From Candidatus Saganbacteria bacterium (GTDB lineage Bacteria; Margulisbacteria; WOR-1; XYC2-FULL-46-14; WPAF01): a DNA stretch of 64,000 nucleotides. Of this stretch, positions 33,707 to 43,933 are shown piece by piece; within the stretch, counting starts at the first letter, position 1, and each line of letters opens with the position of its first letter. The DNA lies in contig JACRPM010000013.1 in the NCBI GenBank assembly GCA_016223205.1, positions 5,002-69,001 of the forward strand. The letters run 5' to 3'. The notes under the pieces were generated by a model, which had not been told where the DNA came from, did no database searches, and saw only the letters and a list, made by a program, of their open reading frames with translations. A program made the translations under genes and the position numbers.

Positions 33707-34358
33707 ATTTCTCCTCGTAATAAGAACGCAGGCGGAACTTGACGCCCAGCTCTTCGGCGAGCTTCTTCGCTTTTTTCAGGTCCACCAGCTCCGGCAAGTT
33801 TACCACGCTGGCCTCAACTTCGGGAATATACTTTTTGGCCTCCTTGATGAACTCGATGACCGCCGGATAAGCTCGTTTGCCGAAAAGGGAATGGCAGATC
33901 ATTTCATAGACCGAGGCGCTTTCGGCATTCAAGGACACCGATATTATATCTATCAGCCCTTTAAGCTCGGGCAGGATGTTTCTCTGGTAGAACAAGTTGG
34001 CGTGGCCGTTGGTATCCACACGAATTACGAATGACGAATCCCTCGGCGTTGCTCGGGATGCTGAGCCTGTCGAAGCATTACGAATTACGAATTTGAGTCT
34101 GGAAGCGACTTCTTTGACGGTTTCGAGGCGGATGAGGGGCTCGCCATAGCCGCAAAAGACGACCTGCTTGTATTTAAGAGGGTCGCCGATAGCCTCCATT
34201 ATCTCCTCAACCGAGGGCTCGCGGTCCAGCCAGAGCTTATATTGGCCGTGGAAATCGCGCGCCTTGTAGCGGATGCAAAAACTGCAGGCGTTGGTGCAGC
34301 GGTTGGTGATGTTCAGGTAGAGGGAATCCTCCAATTGGTAAGCGATATCCTGCTTCAT
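33696..34358 (-). CDS. TatD-associated radical SAM protein
   Basis: LYLNITNRCTNACSFCIR, VFCGYGEP, DTNG; start 34358. Confidence 0.88.
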   Translation of the reverse strand: MKQDIAYQLEDSLYLNITNRCTNACSFCIRYKARDFHGQYKLWLDREPSVEEIMEAIGDPLKYKQVVFCGYGEPLIRLETVKEVASRLKFVIRNASTGSASRATPRDSSFVIRVDTNGHANLFYQRNILPELKGLIDIISVSLNAESASVYEMICHSLFGKRAYPAVIEFIKEAKKYIPEVEASVVNLPELVDLKKAKKLAEELGVKFRLRSYYEEKYVR

Positions 34359-34373
34359 CAATAAATTATAACA

Positions 34374-34400
34374 TGAAATTTTGGCGGGCACTTATCGAAA
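34374..34400 (+). promoter_or_regulatory. Alternative-sigma-type motif (site 9)
   Basis: TGAAATTTTGGCGGGCACTTATCGAAA, 7 nt before ATG 34408. Confidence 0.65.
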
Positions 34401-34407
34401 AACATAC

Positions 34408-35850
34408 ATGGCAACAAACGGAGTCCAACTTGAGTTAAAAAGAACCACAGTCCAGCGGGCCCGCCGGGCTCGTCCTGCCCCCGCGCCGCATAGCAGTGAG
34501 GCCGGTCTGGCCGAAATGGTACAGAGGATAGGGCGGAGCTCAAAAGATCTTAGAGCGGATCCCGAGCTGGGCAATCTGGTATTCTTCAGGACGCTTTTGG
34601 CCGCGCGAGTGGAGATGTATATCATCGGCGAGGCCAAGAGCCGGGCCAGGAAGGCAGGCGACCAGGCGGCCTATCAAGCCCAAGTCCAAGCCATGCGTGA
34701 TTTTGCCGGTCGGCTGGACGCGGTCATTAAGGAATTCCCTTTTACCCAAGACGGGTTCGGCTCGAGGCTGGTAGAACAGCTGCAGATCGCCCGGGACAGG
34801 GCGCAGGAGCTGAACAATATCAACGTGGACCTGGTACTGCAGACCCTCACCCCTAAAATTGTGGAGAGGATCAATCTTGAGGAGAAAGCGCGAGTCGAGG
34901 CCTTTAAGAGGAAAGCAAGATATTCGGGATTGAGCACCTTGGGCGGCAAAGTTCGGATATTGGACACCCTGCACGGAGATTGCCTGGTCACCATGCGCGG
35001 GTACCGGAAGGGCGCCACGGGGGAAATGAGGCGCGTGATCGTTGAGCGACACGTTTCGATCCATAAAATATTGAGCATGTTCGACCATTTGCTCGAAGGG
35101 GAAGAGGCGGAAAAGCAGGAGAACCGGAAATTTATTACGGACCTGCAGGAGATCGGCCGTGACCTTTTGGCCCACAAAGAACGTCTGCGCCGCATATATC
35201 TGGGCGGAGAAGAGAGGATCCGACCGCGCAATTTTAAGGACTACGGCAAGATCAAAGCCCGCATTGAGATCTGGGGGGCGCTTAAACTTATCGAAATCGA
35301 CACCCCGCAAGCCCGGGGACTGGCTGCTTCGCTTTTAGGGTTGGCCGAAGAAGATTATCAAAGGAGGAATGAGGCCGTGGCCGCCATGCATGAGTATCTA
35401 ACCGCGGTCAAATATCATTCCGAGATGTTGATCGGCCAGGTGATCAAGTCGTTCGTGAAGCGTTGGGCCGGCTATTTTGCCCGACAGCCGAAGCTGTCCC
35501 CCAAAACCCTTGATAAGATACATAAAAATTTGGGTAAATACTTGGGAACTCTCTTCAGCGACGAAGTGCGCGAGAGCTGGTTTATGCAAGCCCGGTCCCG
35601 GATCACCGTGGTATTGCGGGCAATGACGCGGTTCCAAAGAGAGGGCGGGGATGAACGGCAGGTAACCTTGGATGCGGCGCGCCATATTTTGGGGATCGAA
35701 TTCGATTTTGGGGCGCGGCAAGTGGAATTCGAAAATCCCACACAAAAGAAGACCGCCTGGCTGGCCTTTTTAAGGGACCAGGTGAAAACTTACGGGCCGG
35801 GGATCATGCCGCAAGACAAGCCCAGCCCGCAGACGGAGTTGGGATTTTAA
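34408..35850 (+). CDS. Orphan alpha-helical hypothetical protein
   Basis: 480-aa ORF, Arg/Pro-rich N-terminus, charged helical body. Confidence 0.8.
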   Translation: MATNGVQLELKRTTVQRARRARPAPAPHSSEAGLAEMVQRIGRSSKDLRADPELGNLVFFRTLLAARVEMYIIGEAKSRARKAGDQAAYQAQVQAMRDFAGRLDAVIKEFPFTQDGFGSRLVEQLQIARDRAQELNNINVDLVLQTLTPKIVERINLEEKARVEAFKRKARYSGLSTLGGKVRILDTLHGDCLVTMRGYRKGATGEMRRVIVERHVSIHKILSMFDHLLEGEEAEKQENRKFITDLQEIGRDLLAHKERLRRIYLGGEERIRPRNFKDYGKIKARIEIWGALKLIEIDTPQARGLAASLLGLAEEDYQRRNEAVAAMHEYLTAVKYHSEMLIGQVIKSFVKRWAGYFARQPKLSPKTLDKIHKNLGKYLGTLFSDEVRESWFMQARSRITVVLRAMTRFQREGGDERQVTLDAARHILGIEFDFGARQVEFENPTQKKTAWLAFLRDQVKTYGPGIMPQDKPSPQTELGF

Positions 35851-35851
35851 T

Positions 35852-36856
35852 ATGGTAGATAGAATGGACGGTGCCGGTAGACCGCCTGTGGCGCCGAGAC
35901 GCAGGGGATTTAATCCATCCTGGAGTTCCATCCGGAAGAAGATCAGTAATGAAGAATTGCAGGCGAAATATGCGACCTGCCTGGCCCGCGCCGATAATCA
36001 CCTTGAGGAGGGCGATCGTTTTCGAGCCGCGGAGAATTTCAGCACTGCAGCCCGCATTTGCATGGAATTGGCCGGCCGCTTTAAGGAGGCCGAATCGGAG
36101 ATCCATTGGCTGGAAAGATCAAAACAGCCGCGGACCCTGGCGATAGAGAACTATCAATTTGTCGGTGAAGACCTCAATGAGGCCCGTGATATAAGTTTCC
36201 TGGGTAAGGCCTATTCCCGACTGGGGATATTGAAGCAAAACAAAAGATCTTTGATGCGATCGGTGGTAGAACGCAGCCTGGCCCTGGAACTGTTCATAAA
36301 AATGAACAGGAAAAACATGATGGCCGAGGAATTAAGTTATTTGGCCGATGATTTCCGCGCCCTGGGCAAACTAAGCCAGGAAGCGGAGGAGAGGCATCAC
36401 TTTTTCCGGATGGCGCACGGTTGTTCGCAAGCGGCCATAAGGCTGTACCCGCAATATCTCCGGGAAGGGGAGTTAGCGAATCGGCTGATGCACGAGGAGC
36501 AGTTCTCGGTGCTGGCCCTGGCCAATGCGACCTTTGCCTTATTTGACCTGGAACATGTGGCCGATATCCGGGCAGCCCGCGATAAGAACCTGGAAATTGC
36601 CGTTAAATTGAAAAAAATGGGTTTATTATCCACCGCCATCAACTCCCTGGGGATAGCGGCCAAGCTCCAAAGAAAGATGGCAAAAGAACTTTTGACCAAT
36701 CCGGAAGAAATTAACCTGGCGATAGAGCTTATGCTTCAATTTAGGATTTGGACCGCAGAAACGGGGGCAGAAGAAGAGCGGTTAGAGTATTCGGATAAAA
36801 AGATCCAAGAATTGGGAGAACTTTTACGATCGCTTACTGTCCCAGTTTCTGCCTAA
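35852..36856 (+). CDS. Orphan TPR/SNAP-like helical-repeat protein
   Basis: 334 aa, starts 1 nt after the previous stop; patterns such as LGKAYSRLG and AINSLGIAA. Confidence 0.7.
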   Translation: MVDRMDGAGRPPVAPRRRGFNPSWSSIRKKISNEELQAKYATCLARADNHLEEGDRFRAAENFSTAARICMELAGRFKEAESEIHWLERSKQPRTLAIENYQFVGEDLNEARDISFLGKAYSRLGILKQNKRSLMRSVVERSLALELFIKMNRKNMMAEELSYLADDFRALGKLSQEAEERHHFFRMAHGCSQAAIRLYPQYLREGELANRLMHEEQFSVLALANATFALFDLEHVADIRAARDKNLEIAVKLKKMGLLSTAINSLGIAAKLQRKMAKELLTNPEEINLAIELMLQFRIWTAETGAEEERLEYSDKKIQELGELLRSLTVPVSA

Positions 36857-38279
36857 GCAGTTTCTGGACCGCGTCGGGCTTGGCCCGGCCTTTGGACAGC
36901 TTCATCACTTGACCCACCAAAAACATCACCACCGCATCCTTGCCGGACCTGAATTCGCCAACCTGCTTGGGATTTTTCTCGATAACTTCATCGATGATAT
37001 TTTTGATCTCGCCTTCATCGGAAATTTGGGTCAGCCCTTGTTCGGCCACGATATCTTTGATGGTTTTGCCGGACTTTAGGGCTTCTACCAGGATGGTCTT
37101 GGCGAGCTTTCCGGAGATAGTGCCTTTATCTATCATCTGCAGCATCTCGACCAATTGTGCTGGGGTGAGGTTGATCTGCTCGATTGCCAGGTTGTTGGTC
37201 TTAAGATAGGCGGTTAGGTCGCCCATCAGCCAGTTGGCAATGGTTTTGGGGTGGTCGTAGAGTTTTAGGCATTCTTCAAAGTAGGCGGTCAGGGCGGGGG
37301 TCGCCAGCAATACCTCGGCATCGGCCTCGGGCAATTTATATTCATTGAGAAAGCGGTCGCGCTTGGCCTCGGGCAGTTCCCCCGAAGTGTTCTTGATCTT
37401 AGCCAGCCAGTCGGCGGAGGGTTCAATGGGTACCAGATCCGGCTCGGGGAAATAGCGGTAGTCGTGGGCGTATTCCTTACTGCGCATGCCGATCGTCTGC
37501 TCGGTGATATCGTCAAAAAAGCGGGTTTCCTGGTTGATCTTCCCGCCTTCGGACAAAACCTCCTCGTGCCGCTTTTCTTCGGCTTTGAGCGCCTTGAACA
37601 CCGCTTTAAAGGAATTCATGTTCTTGACCTCGGTCTTGGTGCCGAACTTTTGCTCCCCGGCCGGCCGAAGCGAGATATTGGCGTCACAGCGCAAGCTGCC
37701 TTCTTCCATCTTGGCGTCGCACACGCCGATAAATTGCAAAAGATGTTGTAAGGTCTCCATGAAGGCCTTAGCCTCGGCTGGTGAGCGCAGGTCGGGCTCG
37801 GAGACGATCTCCATCAAGGGCACTCCGGTGCGGTTATAATCCACCAACGATTCCGTAGCTCCCATTATCCGAGCGGCGCCTTTATGCACCAGTTTTCCGG
37901 CGTCTTCTTCAAGATGCACCCGGGTTATGCCGATCCGCTTCTTTTTCCCTTCCACCACGATATCCAAATGTCCCAGGGTAGCCAGGGGCAGTTCGTACTG
38001 GGAGATTTGGAAATCCTTGGGCAGGTCGGGGTAAAAATAATTCTTGCGGGCAAAGACACTGCTTTTTTCTATCTTGCAGTTGAGCGCCAGGGCGGTTTTG
38101 ATCGCCAGCTCGATGGCTTTCTGGTTCATCACCGGCAAAACCCCCGGCTGGCCGGTGCAGACCGGGCAGATATTGGTATTTGGTTTAGCTCCGAATTTGG
38201 TTGAGCAGGCGCAAAACATCTTGCTCTCGGTCAACAATTGAGCATGAATTTCTAATCCGATTATGGTTTCGTATTTCAC
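36834..38279 (-). CDS. gatB: Asp/Glu-tRNA amidotransferase subunit B
   Basis: [37 protein letters not shown]. Confidence 0.97.
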   Translation of the reverse strand: MKYETIIGLEIHAQLLTESKMFCACSTKFGAKPNTNICPVCTGQPGVLPVMNQKAIELAIKTALALNCKIEKSSVFARKNYFYPDLPKDFQISQYELPLATLGHLDIVVEGKKKRIGITRVHLEEDAGKLVHKGAARIMGATESLVDYNRTGVPLMEIVSEPDLRSPAEAKAFMETLQHLLQFIGVCDAKMEEGSLRCDANISLRPAGEQKFGTKTEVKNMNSFKAVFKALKAEEKRHEEVLSEGGKINQETRFFDDITEQTIGMRSKEYAHDYRYFPEPDLVPIEPSADWLAKIKNTSGELPEAKRDRFLNEYKLPEADAEVLLATPALTAYFEECLKLYDHPKTIANWLMGDLTAYLKTNNLAIEQINLTPAQLVEMLQMIDKGTISGKLAKTILVEALKSGKTIKDIVAEQGLTQISDEGEIKNIIDEVIEKNPKQVGEFRSGKDAVVMFLVGQVMKLSKGRAKPDAVQKLLRQKLGQ

Positions 38280-39718
38280 AGGGTCGGCCTCCGCTTGTGC
38301 CACTCGGTGTTCTGCTCATAGGTGTAAGCGACCTGCAAAAGCTTCTCCTCGGCGAAAGCCTCGCCGATGATCTGCAGACCGATCGGCAGGCCTCCTGAAA
38401 ACCCACATGGCAAGGAGATGGCCGGCAGGCCCGCCAGGTTCACCGGGATGGTGGCGATGTCGGATAAGTACATGGATAATGGGTCGGCCGCTTTTTCGCC
38501 GATCTTAAAGGCAGGAGAAGGGGCGGTGGGGGAGATCAGGACATCAAAATGCTTAAAGGCCTTCTCAAAATCCTGCTTGATAAGGGTCCTGACCTTTAAG
38601 GCCTTTAGATAATAGGCATCGTAGTAGCCGGCGGAAAGGGCGTAAGTGCCCAGCATGATCCGCCGTTTAACCTCGGCGCCGAACCCTTCCCGGCGGGTGT
38701 TGTAGTACATGGTCAAAAGATCGGGAGCGTCCGAACTTCGGTGGCCGAATTTTACCCCGTCAAAGCGGGCCAGGTTGGAGGAGGCCTCCGCCGGGGCGAT
38801 CAGGTAATAAGTAGGCACGGCGTATTCAAATGTAGGGAGAGAGACCTCCTCTACGATTGCGCCCAAACTTTCCAGTTTGCGGGCGGCATCCTTGATGGCG
38901 GCTTTGACGGCTTCATCGGTACCTTTGCCCATCAGGTCGGAGATCAGGCCGATACGGAATTTCTTCACGTCATTGACCAGGGCCATGCGGTAATCGGGAA
39001 CGGGAATATCTACCGAGGTAGAATCCTTGGGATCGTAGCCGGCCAAAACATTCATCAGCCAGGCGCTGTCCGTAACATCTTTGGCCAAAGGGCCGATCTG
39101 ATCGAGTGATGAGGCAAAAGCCACCAAACCATAGCGGGAAACTCTCCCGTAAGTGGGCTTTAATCCCACCACTCCACAGAAGGAGGCCGGCTGTCTGATC
39201 GAGCCGCCGGTATCCGAGCCCAGAGCTAAAATGCATTCGCCCGACGCTACCGCCGCCGCTGAACCGCCCGACGATCCTCCCGGCACGGTATTCAGGTCCC
39301 AGGGATTGTGCGTGGTATGGAATCCGGAATTCTCGGTAGAGGAGCCCATGGCGAATTCATCGAGATTGGTCTTGCCAATAGGCGCCGCTCCGGCCGCGGC
39401 GAGTTTTTCCACGATGGTGGCGTCATAGGGCGGCAGATAATTAGCCAGGATCTTTGAAGAGCAGGTGGTCAGTATGCCCTTGGTGCACATGTTGTCCTTA
39501 ATAGCAATCGGAATACCCGCCAATCCCGTGAAGTTACCGTTATTATCTGCGGCTTTGGCCCGTTTCAAGGCCTCGTCTTTGGTCAAGGTCACATAGGCCT
39601 TGAGCTTATTCTCGGTCTTTTCGATCTGCGCGAAAACTGCTTCGGTAAGCTCGACCGAGCTTATTTTTTTACTTGCCAGTAAACTGTGGGCTTCGTGGGC
39701 GGTGAGATTATTCAACAA
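38276..39718 (-). CDS. gatA: Asp/Glu-tRNA amidotransferase subunit A
   Basis: [34 protein letters not shown]. Confidence 0.97.
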   Translation of the reverse strand: MLNNLTAHEAHSLLASKKISSVELTEAVFAQIEKTENKLKAYVTLTKDEALKRAKAADNNGNFTGLAGIPIAIKDNMCTKGILTTCSSKILANYLPPYDATIVEKLAAAGAAPIGKTNLDEFAMGSSTENSGFHTTHNPWDLNTVPGGSSGGSAAAVASGECILALGSDTGGSIRQPASFCGVVGLKPTYGRVSRYGLVAFASSLDQIGPLAKDVTDSAWLMNVLAGYDPKDSTSVDIPVPDYRMALVNDVKKFRIGLISDLMGKGTDEAVKAAIKDAARKLESLGAIVEEVSLPTFEYAVPTYYLIAPAEASSNLARFDGVKFGHRSSDAPDLLTMYYNTRREGFGAEVKRRIMLGTYALSAGYYDAYYLKALKVRTLIKQDFEKAFKHFDVLISPTAPSPAFKIGEKAADPLSMYLSDIATIPVNLAGLPAISLPCGFSGGLPIGLQIIGEAFAEEKLLQVAYTYEQNTEWHKRRPTL

Positions 39719-39986
39719 TGCGCGGCACCTTGAACATATGCTCCTCGGCCTGGGGAGCGTTCAGCAAAATGTCGTCCACATTGGCGCAGGGGATGACTTT
39801 ATCTTCGCGTAAAACGTTTTTCATCGGTATGGCGTGCGAGGTGGGCTCGACCTTATCGGTATTTAATTTTTTCAAGGTGTCGGCGTGGTCTAAAATACGC
39901 GAGAGCTGTTCGCCGAAGAGCTTTTTTTCTTCCGGTGAGAGTCCCAGGCGAGCCAGCTTGGCGACCGCTTCGACATCGATCTTCAT
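39708..39986 (-). CDS. gatC: Asp/Glu-tRNA amidotransferase subunit C
   Basis: [21 protein letters not shown]. Confidence 0.95.
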   Translation of the reverse strand: MKIDVEAVAKLARLGLSPEEKKLFGEQLSRILDHADTLKKLNTDKVEPTSHAIPMKNVLREDKVIPCANVDDILLNAPQAEEHMFKVPRIVE

Positions 39987-40023
39987 AATAATGGATTATA
40001 CCAAATATGCTATAATTTCGCAC

Positions 40024-41274
40024 ATGCTGAAGAAGTGGCTGCTGCCGGGACTGCTGGTTATACTGGTGATCGTTTTTTGGCATCCGGTGCTGTTCAATAA
40101 CGAGTTCTTCTACGACGACCTGGATTTCATCAAGGTCTTTGAGTCCGGCCAGTTCTCTCTCCCATATATGTTCACGCCGCACAACGAACATCTCATGCCG
40201 CTCTTTAAATTGAAGTTCTTCCTGCTTTATAAGCTGTTCGGCGCGAATATCGTCCCGCCCATGATACTTTCGATCGCCTTGCATATTGCCATAAGCCTGC
40301 TGTTTTTTTATCTCTGCACCCTGCTTTTCCCCGGGCGCAAGTGGTTGCCCTTTTTGACAGCCGTGTTCTTTGCGGTAAATTCGGCGTATTTTGAGGTGCT
40401 CCACTGGTTTATCGTCATCAATACCGCTTCTTCACTTTTCTTTTTGCTGGCCACCCTGATTTTGTTGCACCGTTACGCACTGGATAAGAAAAGCTGGCAG
40501 TTATGGCTATCACTTTTGGCTTCTTTCTTTATCCCGATGGGATTTTCGCTGGGATTGATCGGGGTGGCGTTTGTGATCTTGTACGCGTGGCTGGTGCTCA
40601 AGCTTCCCACGATTAAAATCGCGGTTAAATATCTGGCGGTTTGGTTGGCATTTCTGGTTTTATATGGGATCTTTGTGGTGGGGGCGGGGAGAGTGGGGGG
40701 CGGAAGTTTCACTTTCGATATTTTAAGGATCGTTCAGTATATCTTCTTCGGTTTCGTGGGGGCTTTCTTAAAGACCATGGGTTTCACGGTTATGGTATTT
40801 CCCTTCAGCACGATAACGGCCATCATCTTGACCATCCAGATGCTTTTCCTGGGATATTTCTTCGTCCTCTACTTTTTCCTGAACCGCAAGGAAGATAGAA
40901 TGCCGGTGTTGGGGGAAAGGGGGATCGTGAGGTTCTGCTTGCTCTCGGCCCTCATCTCCTATGCGGCGGTGGCGGTGACGCGGTCATCCCTGGGTGTGGA
41001 TGCCTTCCTCTCCTGGGGGCGTTATCACTATTTCCCGGTCTTTTTTCTTTCTATCCTGGCAGGCAACGCCATCACGCCTATTTATAATATTCTAAGCAAA
41101 GTATTCAATCGTAGAAGAGTGATGATCTATTTTATTCTGCTGTTCGTGCTCTATCTAGCCACGCAGTTGGTCCTGATCAGGCAGAAGTCGTTCTCGAGCA
41201 TTCGACTGGAGGGTGCGGTGCCGCCTGCCTCCATTCTGAGCGAAGCGAAGAATCTAGGCGAAGCCGCATCCTAA
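40024..41274 (+). CDS. Multi-pass membrane protein (GT-C-like)
   Basis: Early DD motif (FYDDLDF), PHNEH, many TM segments, next to glycosyltransferase genes. Confidence 0.65.
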   Translation: MLKKWLLPGLLVILVIVFWHPVLFNNEFFYDDLDFIKVFESGQFSLPYMFTPHNEHLMPLFKLKFFLLYKLFGANIVPPMILSIALHIAISLLFFYLCTLLFPGRKWLPFLTAVFFAVNSAYFEVLHWFIVINTASSLFFLLATLILLHRYALDKKSWQLWLSLLASFFIPMGFSLGLIGVAFVILYAWLVLKLPTIKIAVKYLAVWLAFLVLYGIFVVGAGRVGGGSFTFDILRIVQYIFFGFVGAFLKTMGFTVMVFPFSTITAIILTIQMLFLGYFFVLYFFLNRKEDRMPVLGERGIVRFCLLSALISYAAVAVTRSSLGVDAFLSWGRYHYFPVFFLSILAGNAITPIYNILSKVFNRRRVMIYFILLFVLYLATQLVLIRQKSFSSIRLEGAVPPASILSEAKNLGEAAS

Positions 41275-41427
41275 TTAATGAACAAACGTTTCTGGTTGGT
41301 TTCAGGAGTTATCATCGCGGTTAGAGGCGGCTCGGGTCGAAAAGAAAATCAAGGGATGGGTAAGGGCCAAAAAGATGGCGATGATAAAGGAGTCAAACCC
41401 CGGGTTCAGGGATCTTTCAACATGAAT

Positions 41428-41510
41428 GCTACGCTTCGCTAGGCACTTCGCCCCGATAGATCGGGGCTCAGTGCGGTGCTGATAGATCACTTCCACAAAT
41501 AGAAATACCA
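41428..41510. repeat. Direct repeat, left copy (palindrome plus duplicated 3' end of glycosyltransferase)
   Basis: Matches 42166-42249. Confidence 0.85.
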
Positions 41511-41563
41511 GCCTAGGGGGTCCACCATGTCCCCATACCTTCCTAAAACAATCTAAAAAAGCG

Positions 41564-41590
41564 TGAAATTATTATTTGCACCTCACGATA
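41564..41590 (+). promoter_or_regulatory. Alternative-sigma-type motif (site 10)
   Basis: TGAAATTATTATTTGCACCTCACGATA. Confidence 0.75.
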
Positions 41591-41614
41591 TCTCCGTATA
41601 GGAGGGATCAACAT

Positions 41615-42160
41615 ATGGTAGAGGGAATTGGAGCGATGGGACCCTTGAGAATGGCTCATGTCGCAAAATTAATGAGCGCTAAACTTCGACCGCTCGATGA
41701 AACTAGCCAAGCTTTTTATCAAAGGAGAACAATAACCTTAGCGGGAGAGATGGCGGTAAGCTTTTCATCTAGGGGTGGGGATATAGGCGCCCGATGGAGA
41801 GCCAACTTCGGCAGATACCCGACGGATTCAATTAAAGAGGCCTTGCTCGGACTTTTGCACTCTTCAAATAAGGAAGTCGTACTTAATGCAATGAGTGTTT
41901 GTGCCATTGAAAGGATACATGAAGCGGTCCCATTTCTCACTCGAATTGTATTTGGACAATTGGGTGAAAGAGACATTGATTTCGAAATAGGAGCCGCGTC
42001 CGCCCTAGCAAAAATGGGGAAAAATTGGGCGCAAAGATATGAGGATGAATTTCTCGCACTACAGGAATTCTCAAAAATGGATATACTTCGAACAGCCGGC
42101 GTAGATAATTATATTGTTTGGGAAATCAAGCAAAATATAAGAAGAATATTTCAAGCCTAG
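41615..42160 (+). CDS. Orphan protein with HEAT-like repeat
   Basis: AGGAGG RBS; ALLGLLHSSNKEVVLNA, EAVPFL, AASALAKMG. Confidence 0.7.
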   Translation: MVEGIGAMGPLRMAHVAKLMSAKLRPLDETSQAFYQRRTITLAGEMAVSFSSRGGDIGARWRANFGRYPTDSIKEALLGLLHSSNKEVVLNAMSVCAIERIHEAVPFLTRIVFGQLGERDIDFEIGAASALAKMGKNWAQRYEDEFLALQEFSKMDILRTAGVDNYIVWEIKQNIRRIFQA

Positions 42161-42165
42161 CATAA

Positions 42166-42249
42166 GCTACGCTTCGCTAGGCACTTCGCCCCGGTTGGAC
42201 CGCGGCTCAGTGCGGTGGCGGTAGTTCACTTCCACAAATAAAAGTACCA
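42166..42249. repeat. Direct repeat, right copy
   Basis: Matches 41428-41510. Confidence 0.85.
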
Positions 42250-42909
42250 ATGCAGGTAGCGCGGAAGCCATTTCCATAACTTGAAGTTTGACTTTCCTGC
42301 AGCACGATCTCTCCAGGTAGTAGGTAATTCGGTGATCATTTTGCCCGACTTAAAAGCTTTTGCCGTCAATTCGGTTGCGATTTCGAAACCGCCCTCACTC
42401 TCGATGGTTATACTATCCAGAAACCGCTTATCATACATCCTGAAGTTGTTAGAAAGATCGTGGGTGGGGATGCGGGTTAAATAATAGGCGCTCAAGCCGG
42501 CCAATCTTGAGAGCGTTCGTTTGAGAAGAGGCCCGCCGATCTGACGCCCGCCTTTCATATATCTGCTAGCGCAGACCACCGAGTTCCCTTTTTTGACCAG
42601 TCCATACATCTGGTCAACGATGGCATACTCATCGGAGCCATCCGCCATGGTGACCAGCACCGCATCACCCTCCGCGGCCTCGATGCCGCTCTTTATGGCA
42701 TTCAAAACCCCACGGCCGTATTTGTTTTTGGTAAGGATCAGGCCGGGGAATCGGTTTAGGTTTTTCTTTATGACCGGCAGGGTTGAGTCCTCTTCAAAAT
42801 CATAGACCAGGTGGACCACTTTGGGGGTTTTTACTTCGGCATAAAGAGAGGAGAGGGTGGGCAGGATATTTTCGCCTTCGTTATAGACCGGCATTACCAC
42901 CGAAAGCAA
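42226..42909 (-). CDS. GT2 glycosyltransferase (polyprenol-phosphate type)
   Basis: SVVMPVYNE, MADGSD, ASRYMKGG, WRDRAAGKS. Confidence 0.9.
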   Translation of the reverse strand: MLSVVMPVYNEGENILPTLSSLYAEVKTPKVVHLVYDFEEDSTLPVIKKNLNRFPGLILTKNKYGRGVLNAIKSGIEAAEGDAVLVTMADGSDEYAIVDQMYGLVKKGNSVVCASRYMKGGRQIGGPLLKRTLSRLAGLSAYYLTRIPTHDLSNNFRMYDKRFLDSITIESEGGFEIATELTAKAFKSGKMITELPTTWRDRAAGKSNFKLWKWLPRYLHWYFYLWK

Positions 42910-42910
42910 A

Positions 42911-43933
42911 CTAAATTCCTCCGATCGCTATCTGCTGTTGTATCCAGGGGATGAGCTCATCGAGCATTTGATCAAGCGTGGTCTTGGCCTCAAAACCCAG
43001 GATCTTTTTGGCTTTTTCGGTCGCGGGCACTCTTTTCTGGACATCATAAGTAAAGGGCTTATCGGAAACGTATTTAAAGGGCTTATCCTTCTTGACCTTC
43101 TTCCAGATAAGCTCCGCCAGCGCCAGAACGGTGGTGGATTGTTTGGTCGAAAGGTTGAAGTCCTCATTTACTGCTTTTTCACTTTCAATACACAGACGGA
43201 TTCCCACCGCCAGATCCCCTCCATAAGTGTAATGGCGGATCTGGGAGCCGTCGCCCAGAATGTGCAGAGGATCCTGGCCTTTCAACACTTTCTGTATCAG
43301 ATCGGGCACCACATGGCTCATGGCCAGCTTGACGTTGCCGGAATAAATTTCCCGGTCGTAGACCGCCCGCTTTTCTCCCACCCCCACGCAGTTGAAGGGT
43401 CGGATGATGGTGTAGGGCAGTTTGTATTGCTCCCAGGCGCCCTTGGCGAAATATTCGCAGGCGAGCTTTTGGAAACCGTAGGTCGAAAGGGGCGGGGGGC
43501 ATTTTAACTGTTCACCCTCGGGGGTGGGGAATTTATTGGTCGATTCAAAGACCATGGAAGAAGAAATGACGTTGATCTTCTTGAGCTTCTGGTTCTTATG
43601 CGCCCAGACGGCGGCGTCAAAGGTGGAGGCAACTATCCTTTCGTTTTCCGCCAAAAGATCGTAGGCCAGCTCGTGGAAGAGGGAAATGCCTCCGATAATG
43701 GCCGCGCCTGCTACTACCTGATCGCAGTCCGCTAAAAGCTTCTTTACCAACTCGGTGTCCTTGGCATCGCCTTCGAAGAATTTATATTTAGGATGGGAGT
43801 CGTAGCTTTTCCTAACTTTTCCGTACTTGCTGAAGTTATCAAGTCCCACCACATCAAAGCCGTGGTTGAGGAGCTCTTCTACCAGATATCCAGAGATAAA
43901 GCCGGCCGAGCCCGTGACCAGGACTTTCATCAA
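42911..43933 (-). CDS. NAD-dependent epimerase/dehydratase
   Basis: GSAGFIS, YGFQK, IRPFN. Confidence 0.9.
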   Translation of the reverse strand: MMKVLVTGSAGFISGYLVEELLNHGFDVVGLDNFSKYGKVRKSYDSHPKYKFFEGDAKDTELVKKLLADCDQVVAGAAIIGGISLFHELAYDLLAENERIVASTFDAAVWAHKNQKLKKINVISSSMVFESTNKFPTPEGEQLKCPPPLSTYGFQKLACEYFAKGAWEQYKLPYTIIRPFNCVGVGEKRAVYDREIYSGNVKLAMSHVVPDLIQKVLKGQDPLHILGDGSQIRHYTYGGDLAVGIRLCIESEKAVNEDFNLSTKQSTTVLALAELIWKKVKKDKPFKYVSDKPFTYDVQKRVPATEKAKKILGFEAKTTLDQMLDELIPWIQQQIAIGGI

